Assembly: GCA_041844735.1 (NCBI GenBank)
Contig: JBGZBP010000008.1
Span: forward strand, 14,133 to 78,132
Origin: Bacillota bacterium
Lineage (GTDB): Bacteria > Bacillota > Clostridia > Peptostreptococcales > Anaerovoracaceae
Length of the DNA stretch: 64,000 nucleotides
Reading direction: 5' to 3'
The notes below the pieces were generated by a model. That model was not told the origin of the DNA and ran no database searches. It saw nothing but the letters and a program-made list of their open reading frames with translations. Made by a program: the position numbers and the translations under genes. Positions 9,240-18,581 of this stretch are shown here, piece after piece (position 1 is the first letter of the stretch; each line of letters starts with the position of its first letter).

Positions 9240-12008
9240 ATGGATAATCCGGATAAAAGAGCAAAACAGCTATTCATTGTTTTTGTAGCGTTGATAGTTT
9301 TAATGGCGGGAAGACTGGGAATGTTGACAGTTTTTGAAAATAATTACTGGGAAACCATGTCTGAGAACCTTAGTGTTAAGAATATAATAACACCGGCTCC
9401 AAGGGGAGAGATAAGAGACAGGCGAGGAAGATTGGTTGCAGGTAACCTTGCCAGTTTTGACGTACAAATGAGCTCGGGAGACAGGGAGAATAGCGAAGTT
9501 AATAAAATAGTATTGACAACAGTAAAAATTCTTGAAGCCAACGGTGATTCATACATAGACAACTTGCCTATAGTGATTTCAAACGGAAAATTTGCATATA
9601 AGTATGATGAGGAAATCAAGCAGTGGCTTATTTCTCAGGATATGTCGGTGAATTATACGGCAAGACAGGCATTTGACGAGCTTAGAGGAAGATTCGAGAT
9701 TGACAACAGTGTATCGGATTTTGAGGCACAAAGTATATTACAGACCAAGTATAATGTGTTTCCGCCGATTTCAGTAAGGAGCATGGAGTTTACCAAAGAG
9801 CTTGAAAAGCAGAGATTTTTGGGGAAATATCATCTTGATAAAAAAACAATAGGAAAAAATTTGACAGCGAGGCAGGCATTTTTTTCATTGAAAGAGCATT
9901 TTGAAATACCTGAGGAATATGATGATGAATTAAGCAGAAAGATAATGGTAATCAGAAACGAAACATTGGTAGGATTTCTGAACTATATGCCGGCAACTAT
10001 AGCCAAAAGAATAAGCAGCAAAAGTGTTGTCGAATTGAAAGAAAACAGCGAATTGATACAGGGTGTCAGAGTCGTTTCCGAAGCTAAAAGGTTTTACCCT
10101 TATGGAGAAATCGGAGCTCATGCTATAGGGTATCTCGGTCAGATATCTGAGAGTCAGAGAAATGAATATGTCAATAAAAAGCATTACGACCCGAACCAAT
10201 TGATAGGTAAAGACGGTCTGGAGAGAACATATGAAAGCACACTTAAGGGAAAAGACGGTGTAAAAAAGCTTCAGGTGAATGCATCCGGCAGGTTAGTCAG
10301 AGTACTCAGCGAGACGAAGCCGAGGAAAGGCAAAGATATATACATGACAATAGATATGGAACTCGAAAAAACCATGGTTGAGGCTTTGAACAATACTGTT
10401 AAGGCAATCAGATCGGGAACCGTTTTTCCTAGTGAATATGGAGCATACAAGATGAAGCAGGCGGCAAATGCCAATGTTGCTGCCGCTGTGGCTATAGACC
10501 CGAAGACCGGAGAAGTTCTGGCTATGGCATCCACACCGGCGTTTGATCCCAACTTATTTTCAGAAGGGATATCGGCAGATGTTTGGAAGAGTTTGCAGCC
10601 GGAGAATGACAGAGATTTGCTTGCTCCAAGACCTTTATTCAATGTTGCTACAATGACGGCTGTACAGCCGGGATCGACATTTAAGCCGGTAACTGCTACG
10701 GCGGCTCTTGAAAGCGGGCTGTCTCCGGAAAGAAAACTGTATGATGACGGAGCCGTTAAGATGGGAGGACGCTCTTTCGGATGTTGGCTTTGGAACACGA
10801 AACATGCTAAGCATGGATCTATTAATGTTTCACAGGCACTGGAAGTTTCATGCAATTACTTTTTTTATGATCTTGTGGCAAATAAGGATTTTGCAAAAAA
10901 CAGTTTTCTGGGACTTAACAAAGATATGGGCGTAAAGAAGGTAACCGAATATGCAAAGCAATATGGGCTTGGTGAATCTACAGGGATAGAGATACCTGAA
11001 GTGGTGACATCGGTTCCTACAGAGGAGCAGAAAAAAAATTCAATTAAGACCATATTGAAAAATACGTTATATAGTAAAGGTGAATTGTATTTCGGAGAAA
11101 AAACTTTTAAAAATTCCAAGTTAATGGATAAAAAAGTTGCGTATATCTTAGGATGGATGGAAGAAAATCCTACATTTAAAGAGGTATATGAAAGGTTGAA
11201 GAGAATAGGTGTTAAGGAGAAGTACCTTGGGGAACTGGCAAGATATGTGAAATATGATTGCTTCACTCAAGCGAAATGGACTTTGGGAGACTCGCTTAAT
11301 ATAGCTATCGGCCAGGGCGATAATTCTTTTACACCGATTCAAATGGCCAATTATGCAGCGACGATTGCAAACAAGGGAGAAAGATACAAGGTAACGCTTG
11401 TTAAGGATATACAGGGTGAAAGAACAACCGTACCTAAAGTTACAGGAAAAGTTGATGTCAAAAATGATAAGACTTATGATGCTGTCACAAAAGGTATGAT
11501 AGCTGTAGGAAAAGGATCGAAAGGAAGCTTAAAGGGCGTGTTCGGACATTTTCCTATGAAAGTAATATGTAAGACAGGAACAGCTCAAAAATCAGGAAGA
11601 ATACCTGTAAAAAATGAAGTCGAATATGTTAAGAAGAATCTTGGAAAGATAGCTCCGAAGTTATCTTGGGCTCAGATAGATAAAAAGATGAAAGAACTCA
11701 TGAAAGAGAAGCCGACGGTCTACAGAACGGAAAATTCCGCTGTAAGACAGGCTATAATAACATTGAGTGACGGTAAGGTGACAGCGGAACAGATAGACGC
11801 CTACAAGGGAACATATGATTCGTTTGCATGGGTAATAGCTGCCGCTCCGGCAGATGATCCGAAAATAGCGGTGGCAGTACTGGTATTTCAAGGCGGTACG
11901 GCGGCAAATGCAGGTCCATGTGCGAGAGAAATTATAGGAAAATACTTCGCATTAAACAGCGGTGAAAATTATACGAATTTTTCTATTATGAACAAGTCGA
12001 CTAATTAG
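9240..12008 (+). CDS. mrdA: Penicillin-binding protein 2 (class B transpeptidase), enlarged 922-aa form
   Basis: SxxK (GSTFKP), SxN (SCN) and KTG (KTGTAQ) motifs. N-terminal TM anchor. Position after mreBCD. Confidence 0.85.
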   Translation: MDNPDKRAKQLFIVFVALIVLMAGRLGMLTVFENNYWETMSENLSVKNIITPAPRGEIRDRRGRLVAGNLASFDVQMSSGDRENSEVNKIVLTTVKILEANGDSYIDNLPIVISNGKFAYKYDEEIKQWLISQDMSVNYTARQAFDELRGRFEIDNSVSDFEAQSILQTKYNVFPPISVRSMEFTKELEKQRFLGKYHLDKKTIGKNLTARQAFFSLKEHFEIPEEYDDELSRKIMVIRNETLVGFLNYMPATIAKRISSKSVVELKENSELIQGVRVVSEAKRFYPYGEIGAHAIGYLGQISESQRNEYVNKKHYDPNQLIGKDGLERTYESTLKGKDGVKKLQVNASGRLVRVLSETKPRKGKDIYMTIDMELEKTMVEALNNTVKAIRSGTVFPSEYGAYKMKQAANANVAAAVAIDPKTGEVLAMASTPAFDPNLFSEGISADVWKSLQPENDRDLLAPRPLFNVATMTAVQPGSTFKPVTATAALESGLSPERKLYDDGAVKMGGRSFGCWLWNTKHAKHGSINVSQALEVSCNYFFYDLVANKDFAKNSFLGLNKDMGVKKVTEYAKQYGLGESTGIEIPEVVTSVPTEEQKKNSIKTILKNTLYSKGELYFGEKTFKNSKLMDKKVAYILGWMEENPTFKEVYERLKRIGVKEKYLGELARYVKYDCFTQAKWTLGDSLNIAIGQGDNSFTPIQMANYAATIANKGERYKVTLVKDIQGERTTVPKVTGKVDVKNDKTYDAVTKGMIAVGKGSKGSLKGVFGHFPMKVICKTGTAQKSGRIPVKNEVEYVKKNLGKIAPKLSWAQIDKKMKELMKEKPTVYRTENSAVRQAIITLSDGKVTAEQIDAYKGTYDSFAWVIAAAPADDPKIAVAVLVFQGGTAANAGPCAREIIGKYFALNSGENYTNFSIMNKSTN

Positions 12009-12021
12009 TATGGAGGAAGAA

Positions 12022-12744
12022 ATGGGTGAAGTTATATTAGTGGCATCAGGAAAAGGAGGAGTAGGAAAGACATCTTTCGTTGCGAATTCCGGTGTCGTAT
12101 TATCACAGATGGGATATAAGGTCTTGTTGATAGATATGAATATGGGGCTTAGGAATCTTGATATTTATTTGGGAATGGAGAGCAAAGTTGTATATGATAT
12201 AGCGGATGTTCTTACAGGTGTATGCCGAATAAAGCAGGCTATAGTTAAGGATAGAAAATTTCCCAATCTATTTTTGATGTCCTCATCTCAGTATAAAGAT
12301 AAAGCTGATATTGCACCGGCTCATATGAAAGTGATTTGTGATAAGTTAAAACCGCTGTATGATTTTATAATAATTGATGCTCCGGCAGGAGTGGATGACG
12401 GATTAATATTGGCTGCTGCAGGGGCGGAAAAGGCTGTAATCATCACCGTTCCTGAAAATGCGGCAGTAAGGGATGCGGATATGCTTGACAGAGTTCTAGG
12501 CAAAATAGGTATTCCAAAAAGAACATATGTCGTAAATAAAGTCAGAGAGAATTTGATAGGGGCGGTGTTTCTACCATCACTGGAGAGTATAGCTGATGTT
12601 ATGAGAGCGGTACCGTCGGGATTTATACTTTACGATGAGAATTTTCACATAGCTGCAAATACGGGAATACCTATAGCCTCAAAAGAAGACAGCTATATCA
12701 AAGACAATATGGAAAATATCATCAAAAGAGTGATTGATTTATAG
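12022..12744 (+). CDS. minD: MinD-type septum-site-determining ATPase (ParA/MinD family)
   Basis: MGEVILVASGKGGVGKTS deviant Walker A. The ATG at 12022 is 5 nt after GGAGG, whereas the track's ATG at 12010 has no SD. Length is 240 aa. Confidence 0.75.
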   Translation: MGEVILVASGKGGVGKTSFVANSGVVLSQMGYKVLLIDMNMGLRNLDIYLGMESKVVYDIADVLTGVCRIKQAIVKDRKFPNLFLMSSSQYKDKADIAPAHMKVICDKLKPLYDFIIIDAPAGVDDGLILAAAGAEKAVIITVPENAAVRDADMLDRVLGKIGIPKRTYVVNKVRENLIGAVFLPSLESIADVMRAVPSGFILYDENFHIAANTGIPIASKEDSYIKDNMENIIKRVIDL

Positions 12745-12785
12745 AAAATAACGATATGCTTTTGTTTTACTGAGAAAGGAAAAAC

Positions 12786-15386
12786 ATGAAAAACCTTGTT
12801 GCAGGGATTTTTGCTCATGTTGATGCCGGCAAAACCACTTTGAGTGAAAGCATTTTGTTTGAAGCAGGCATTATAAAAGAGATGGGGAGAGTTGATAAAA
12901 AGAATACGTTTTTTGACACCTATGAACAGGAGAGAGCCAGAGGAATAACTATTTTTTCAAAACAGGCGACACTTAAAATAGGTGATTTTAACGTTACGCT
13001 CATTGATACACCCGGACATATTGATTTTTCATCCGAATTATGCAAGGTTATTTCTGTAATAGACTACGGTATTATCGTGATAAGCGGAACGGAAAAGCTG
13101 AAACCCCATACATTTACCATATGGAATCTACTCAAGGAAAATAATATTCCTGTTTTTATATTTGTAAACAAGATGGATTATACTCACGTGGATAGGGATT
13201 TAATTCTCATGGAACTTTCGGACAGACTCGATGAAAGAATAGTTGATTTCAGCGGATTCGATTCCGGGAACAGACATGATTTACTGGAGCATATTGCCAT
13301 GACTGATGAACTTGCGATGGACGAATTTATATCGGAAGGAACCTTGAAGGATGAAAGAATAAAAAAGTTGGTGGCAAAGAGGAAAGTATTTCCGTGTTAC
13401 TTCGGATCAGCTTTGAAATACCAAGGCATAACGACTTTCTTTGAAGGTATGGGCACTTTTTTTCAAGAAAAAAAGCCTGAAAAAAACTTTGGAGGAAGAA
13501 TTTTTAAAGTATCTCATGATGACAAGGGAAACAGACTTACCCATATGAAAATTACGGGAGGAAGTCTGAAAGTAAAGGATTTAATAAAATGTTCTTCATG
13601 GGAGGGCAAAGCGAATGAAATCAGGATATATTCGGGTGAAAAATATGTAAATGCAACGGAAGTTCGACAAGGAGAGGTGTGTGCAATTACAGGTCTTAAA
13701 GATTCAATGCCGGGAGACGGTGTAGGATTTGAAAACAAGTATCAAACTTCCGGAATTGAGCCGGTACTTTCATACAGAATGATTTTTCCGGGCGGTGAGA
13801 CTGCAAAAGAAATGTTCCCGCAACTACAAATAATCAAGGATGACTTTTCAGAGATAGATATGAGATACAGGGAGGAATCCGATGAAATAACTGTGAAGCT
13901 TATGGGTGAGGTGCAGATAGAAGTTCTTGAACAAATTATCTCAAAAAAACTGGGGGTAGGTGTGAAATTCGGGGAAGGCAGGGTTCTGTACAAAGAGACT
14001 ATAGACAATACAGTAGAGGGAGTCGGACACTTTGAGCCTTTGCGTCACTATGCCGAGGTGCATGTTATTATACGAAGAGGGGAACGTGGCTCAGGTATTG
14101 TTTTTAAAAATAAGAGCAAAGACGATATGCCGGCTAAAAATCGACAAAATTTGATAATGAATGTGCTTGAGACCTATGAGCATAAGGGAGTTTTGACAGG
14201 TGGAAAGCTTACGGATGTAGAAATAATTTTGGTTGCAGGAGCAGCGAATGTGAAGCACACGGATGGCGGAGATTTCAGAGAGGCGACGATAAGAGCTGTA
14301 AGGCAGGGATTGATGGAAGCGGAGAGCAGACTGCTTGAGCCTTATTATGAATATGAACTTGAGTTGCCGAGAAGATTGACAGGCAAGGCGGCAAACGATA
14401 TAGAAAAAATGTCAGGCAGCATGGATATCCAAGATTTGAATGATGATTTTGTTTTGATTAAGGGCAGGGCACCCATGATAAATATTCATAACTACCGAAG
14501 AGAGGTTAACAGCTATTCCTCGGGAGAGGGAAGGCTTACGACGGCTATGGCGGGGTATGACATATGCCACAATGAAGATGAAGTTTTATCCGAAGTAGCA
14601 TACAACCCTGAAGCCGACATGGAGAATCCTACGGGATCCATTTTCTGTACACACGGTGCGGGATATTATGTGCCTTATGACCAAGTGAAAGAGAAGATGC
14701 ATATAAGAAGTTTTTTATCCGAGTACATGGAAACCGGGAATGAAATTATAAACAAGTCTGCAAGAGAATTTCAGCATGCTGATGACAGAGACAATATTGA
14801 TCCGGATGAAGTAGAAAGAATTTTTTCCAAAACATTTTTCGCCAATTCTGCGGAGAAGACAAAGTGGAGAAGCAAACAGGCTATAGAAAGGGAAAAATAT
14901 AAAAACTTTTTAGCGGACAAGCCCTCAGTACAGAAAAACAGGGTGCAAAAAGATAAGATAATGATTGTTGACGGATATAATGTGATACATGATTGGCAGG
15001 AACTTTCAAAACTTTTGCCGGGAATTATTGATGGAGCCAGAAGCAAGCTCTTGGAGATATTGTCGAATTACAGTTATTCTATAGATGAAAAAATAATAGT
15101 GGTGTTTGATGCATACAGGGTCAAAAACGCCGGTGAGAAAATTGAAAAATATGATGAAATGGATGTTGTCTTTACAAAAGAGGGTGAAACGGCTGATCAA
15201 TATATTGAAAAGTTTGCATATGAAAATCGTAGCAAGTATGATATCAGAGTAGTTACATCTGATGCCATGCAGCAGCTGAGCACGAGAGTAAGCGGTGCAT
15301 ATAATATTTCTTCACGTGAGTTGTTGGAACTGGTAGAGGCGGCAGCTAAGGAATTGAGAATTAAGCATAAAATAGTTGTGGAATAA
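12786..15386 (+). CDS. Fusion protein: Tet(M)/EF-G-like five-domain translational GTPase (about aa 1-640), K/E-rich linker, and YacP/Rae1-like NYN (PIN-like) ribonuclease domain (about aa 722-866)
   Basis: G1 AHVDAGKTT, RGITI, G3 DTPGH, G4 NKMD. The C-terminus IVDGYNVIHDW...VVFDAY...ETADQYIEKF...VVTSDAMQQ is colinear with B. subtilis YacP/Rae1. The ORF is uninterrupted. Confidence 0.85.
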   Translation: MKNLVAGIFAHVDAGKTTLSESILFEAGIIKEMGRVDKKNTFFDTYEQERARGITIFSKQATLKIGDFNVTLIDTPGHIDFSSELCKVISVIDYGIIVISGTEKLKPHTFTIWNLLKENNIPVFIFVNKMDYTHVDRDLILMELSDRLDERIVDFSGFDSGNRHDLLEHIAMTDELAMDEFISEGTLKDERIKKLVAKRKVFPCYFGSALKYQGITTFFEGMGTFFQEKKPEKNFGGRIFKVSHDDKGNRLTHMKITGGSLKVKDLIKCSSWEGKANEIRIYSGEKYVNATEVRQGEVCAITGLKDSMPGDGVGFENKYQTSGIEPVLSYRMIFPGGETAKEMFPQLQIIKDDFSEIDMRYREESDEITVKLMGEVQIEVLEQIISKKLGVGVKFGEGRVLYKETIDNTVEGVGHFEPLRHYAEVHVIIRRGERGSGIVFKNKSKDDMPAKNRQNLIMNVLETYEHKGVLTGGKLTDVEIILVAGAANVKHTDGGDFREATIRAVRQGLMEAESRLLEPYYEYELELPRRLTGKAANDIEKMSGSMDIQDLNDDFVLIKGRAPMINIHNYRREVNSYSSGEGRLTTAMAGYDICHNEDEVLSEVAYNPEADMENPTGSIFCTHGAGYYVPYDQVKEKMHIRSFLSEYMETGNEIINKSAREFQHADDRDNIDPDEVERIFSKTFFANSAEKTKWRSKQAIEREKYKNFLADKPSVQKNRVQKDKIMIVDGYNVIHDWQELSKLLPGIIDGARSKLLEILSNYSYSIDEKIIVVFDAYRVKNAGEKIEKYDEMDVVFTKEGETADQYIEKFAYENRSKYDIRVVTSDAMQQLSTRVSGAYNISSRELLELVEAAAKELRIKHKIVVE

Positions 15387-15401
15387 ACAGGGGGTATATT
15401 T

Positions 15402-16271
15402 ATGAGGGATAAGAGATTGGTTATGGTGCTGTGCGTTATTTTAGCAGTAATATGTATAATGATTGCTATATGGCTTGCAAACGTAGCTCCTCACAGAGAG
15501 TTTAAATTGGGTACAGGAAACAGAGAAAATGTAGAAAAAGAAAGGATCGATGTAAAAAGAATTAAGGATCTTGCAGTTTCAGGTGCATGGGGAGTGGAGA
15601 TGAGAGAAACCGACAAAAAGCAGTTTAAGATAGAAATGATAGTTGATGAAGAATTGCTGAAAAAAGGAGATCAGAAAAATATCAAGGTGAGCTTAAAAAA
15701 AGGAAAACTCTCAGTAGACACCACAGCTTTTGATGAGAAGATGAAAAAATTTGCATCAAAAAATAATCCTGATAAAATTATTATGGTTCTTATACCTCGC
15801 AGTGCGGAACTAAGAAGTATAGCAGTAGATACCGTTTCAGGAAAATTGGAGCTGGACAATGTGACCTGTGAATACCTTAGAGCAAATATTAATTGCGGAA
15901 ATTTTGAGATGAAGCGTACGAAGATAGATGAAATAGATGCTGATATTAATTCCGGGAATATCATAGGAAGCGTGACAGTAGGAAATGTCGATATGAAGAG
16001 CAATTCGGGCAATATTGACTTGAGGTTTGAGAATCTGCCGTATCAAATGGAACTTACAGCAAATGCTGGAGATTTGACGGTGGTAATGCCGGCGGACAAA
16101 GTAAAAATACCTTTGAGTTTCGGATATATGCAGATGGCGGGAGAGAGAGAATTTACAGGACTTCCCAAGCTCATGAAAATGCTGGAAATTGAAGACAATC
16201 AGAAAGCGAAAAAAAGCTTGAAGCATTTATTGACAGTGAATGCGGGGAATCTATATGTTTCAGCCGAATAA
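15402..16271 (+). CDS. Membrane-anchored DUF4097-like beta-repeat protein (putative adhesin fold)
   Basis: N-terminal TM helix. Repeated ..SGNI.. / ..GNVDMKSNSGNIDLRF.. beta-strand repeats. Confidence 0.55.
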   Translation: MRDKRLVMVLCVILAVICIMIAIWLANVAPHREFKLGTGNRENVEKERIDVKRIKDLAVSGAWGVEMRETDKKQFKIEMIVDEELLKKGDQKNIKVSLKKGKLSVDTTAFDEKMKKFASKNNPDKIIMVLIPRSAELRSIAVDTVSGKLELDNVTCEYLRANINCGNFEMKRTKIDEIDADINSGNIIGSVTVGNVDMKSNSGNIDLRFENLPYQMELTANAGDLTVVMPADKVKIPLSFGYMQMAGEREFTGLPKLMKMLEIEDNQKAKKSLKHLLTVNAGNLYVSAE

Positions 16272-16359
16272 TCAGATTACATACAACAAAATAGTCTGGA
16301 TTTAGACTACATGGCTGTGATATAATTAACGGTAGTATTGTTGTGAGAGGAGAGGCAGA

Positions 16360-17064
16360 ATGGAACCGAAATATAGACGAGTTTTATTGAAGATAAGCGG
16401 AGAGGCACTTGCAGGTGAAAACAAATTCGGACTCAGCGAGGATATGCTTAAGGAAGTGGCGTTGCAGGTAAAGGATTTATTTGAGCTTGGCATAGAAGTG
16501 GCAGTTGTAGTTGGTGGAGGAAACTTCTGGAGAGGCAGAACGAGCAAAAGTATGGATCGAGCCACAGCGGACTATATGGGTATGATGGCTACAGTGATCA
16601 ATTCTTTGGCTTTACAGGAAGCTTTTGAAGCAAACGGAATACCTACAAGAGTACAGACAGCTATAGAAATGCGACAAATTGCAGAACCATATATCAGAAG
16701 ACGAGCTATAAGACATCTTGAAAAAAGAACAGTAGTAATATTCGGTGCCGGAACAGGAAATCCATTCTTCTCAACAGATACAACAGCGGCACTCAGAGCG
16801 GCGGAAATCGAAGCGGATGTTATATTATTAGCGAAGAACATTGATGCTGTATATTCCGATGACCCTAATGTGAACCCGAATGCAGAGAGATATTCTCACC
16901 TGACGCATGGCGAAGTTTTACAGAAGGGACTTAAAGTTATGGATTCAACAGCTGCTTCGCTTTGTATGGATAACAATATTCCGATTCATGTGTTTGGACT
17001 TTCCGAGAAGGGTAATGTACTTAAGGCTGTTATGGGTGAATCAATAGGAACTATTATAAAATAA
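16360..17064 (+). CDS. pyrH: UMP kinase
   Basis: [13 protein letters not shown]...[11 protein letters not shown], 234 aa. Confidence 0.95.
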   Translation: MEPKYRRVLLKISGEALAGENKFGLSEDMLKEVALQVKDLFELGIEVAVVVGGGNFWRGRTSKSMDRATADYMGMMATVINSLALQEAFEANGIPTRVQTAIEMRQIAEPYIRRRAIRHLEKRTVVIFGAGTGNPFFSTDTTAALRAAEIEADVILLAKNIDAVYSDDPNVNPNAERYSHLTHGEVLQKGLKVMDSTAASLCMDNNIPIHVFGLSEKGNVLKAVMGESIGTIIK

Positions 17065-17095
17065 GATACAGGATATAATTAGGAGGAAAAACGAT

Positions 17096-17650
17096 ATGTT
17101 TATAGATGACCTTAAATTTGAAGATAAAATGAAAAAAACCATAGAGGTATTAAAGAATGAGCTTAATACAGTGAGGGCGGGAAGAGCGAACCCGGCACTT
17201 TTGGATAAGGTTATGGTTGAGTACTACGGTACGCCGACGCCTTTAAAAAACTTGTCAAACATTTCCGTTCCTGAACCTAGAACGCTGATGATTACTCCTT
17301 TTGATGCGGGTTCAATTTCTGATATAGAAAAAGCGATTAACGTAGCGGAATTAGGTGTTAACCCGTCAAATGACGGAAAGGTAATAAGAATTTCCATACC
17401 TGCATTGACAGAGGAACGAAGAAAAGAACTCACTAAGAATGTTAAAAAAATCGGAGAAGATGCAAAAGTTGCAATTAGAAATGAGAGAAGAGAAGCAAAT
17501 GACAAGCTTAAAAAAGAGGAAAAATCCGGTGAGTTTTCAGAGGACGATTTAAAGAAGGAACTGGATGCAGTTCAAAAAATAACAGATAAATATACAAAAG
17601 AAATAGAAAGTCTTGTAGCAGCTAAAGAAGCGGAAATCATGGAGGTTTAA
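17096..17650 (+). CDS. frr: Ribosome recycling factor
   Basis: Canonical Frr sequence (LNTVRAGRANPALLD...IPALTEERRKEL), 184 aa. Confidence 0.95.
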   Translation: MFIDDLKFEDKMKKTIEVLKNELNTVRAGRANPALLDKVMVEYYGTPTPLKNLSNISVPEPRTLMITPFDAGSISDIEKAINVAELGVNPSNDGKVIRISIPALTEERRKELTKNVKKIGEDAKVAIRNERREANDKLKKEEKSGEFSEDDLKKELDAVQKITDKYTKEIESLVAAKEAEIMEV

Positions 17651-17653
17651 TCG

Positions 17654-17845
17654 TTGCTGAATAAAGAAAGACTACTCGGAATGAAGATTGAAAATGCTGT
17701 GGCCCTTCTAAATATAGAGGGGCTTGATTTTAATATTAAAGAAACATCTGCAGCACGTCCGAGGCAGGAATTATCTGAAGAGAAAATAGTGATAAGAGTT
17801 AAAGAAACGGCAGGAAAAGTGGAATTGACCTGCTGCAGGGTTTGA
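17654..17845 (+). CDS. Hypothetical 63-aa protein (TTG start)
   Basis: The ORF fills the frr-uppS gap. GGAGG lies 8 nt upstream of the TTG. I recognise no family. Confidence 0.35.
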   Translation: MLNKERLLGMKIENAVALLNIEGLDFNIKETSAARPRQELSEEKIVIRVKETAGKVELTCCRV

Positions 17846-17849
17846 AGAT

Positions 17850-18572
17850 ATGGAAGAAATTTTATTAAACAAAGAGCTGTTGCCGACACATGTGGCGATT
17901 ATTATGGACGGAAACGGGAGATGGGCACAGAAGCGGAAACTTCCAAGGCTGGCAGGACATAATGCAGGTATGCAGGCGATGACGGAAATCGTAAGAGCAT
18001 CCTCAAATATAGGCATAAAACATCTTACGGTATACGCTTTTTCAACTGAAAACTGGAAAAGGTCGGAGGAAGAAGTATCAGGTATTTTTAAACTCCTGAT
18101 AGTGTATGTTGAAAAGAAACTTAAAGAACTGTGCAAAGAGAATGTAAGGCTGACGGTAATAGGGGATTATACAGCCTTGCCTGAGGCGGCAGTTAAAAGC
18201 TTAGAAAAGGCATTGGAAGACACTAAGAATAATACAGGACTTAATTTCAATATTGCCCTGAATTACGGGTCAAGGAATGAGATTCTTAGAGCTGCAAAAG
18301 ATATGGCAAGAGATATAATGGCGGGCAAACTTGATATTGATGCGGTGACTGAAGAAGATTTTTCCGACAGGATGTTTACAAAGGGTATGCCCGACCCGGA
18401 TTTGGTGATACGAACCAGCGGTGAAGAGAGATTGTCAAACTACCTGCTTTGGCAGTCAGCATACAGCGAGTTGGTATTTTCAGATGTTCTTTGGCCGGAT
18501 TTTACTGTCAGTGAATACAAGAAAATGCTTAAAGTATATGAATCTAGAAATAGAAGATTCGGCGGCAGATAG
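17850..18572 (+). CDS. uppS: Undecaprenyl-diphosphate synthase (isoprenyl transferase)
   Basis: HVAIIMDGNGRWA...RTSGEERLSNYLLWQ motifs. Confidence 0.95.
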   Translation: MEEILLNKELLPTHVAIIMDGNGRWAQKRKLPRLAGHNAGMQAMTEIVRASSNIGIKHLTVYAFSTENWKRSEEEVSGIFKLLIVYVEKKLKELCKENVRLTVIGDYTALPEAAVKSLEKALEDTKNNTGLNFNIALNYGSRNEILRAAKDMARDIMAGKLDIDAVTEEDFSDRMFTKGMPDPDLVIRTSGEERLSNYLLWQSAYSELVFSDVLWPDFTVSEYKKMLKVYESRNRRFGGR

Positions 18573-18581
18573 GAGGATAAG

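Noticed and set aside
12786-14720. Interpretation of the GTPase as an acquired tetracycline ribosomal-protection gene (tet(M)/tet(O)-like)
   Set aside because: There is no mobile-element context and the gene is embedded in a housekeeping operon array. The fusion to an NYN nuclease points to a different role. I cannot formally exclude weak ribosome-protection activity without experiments.
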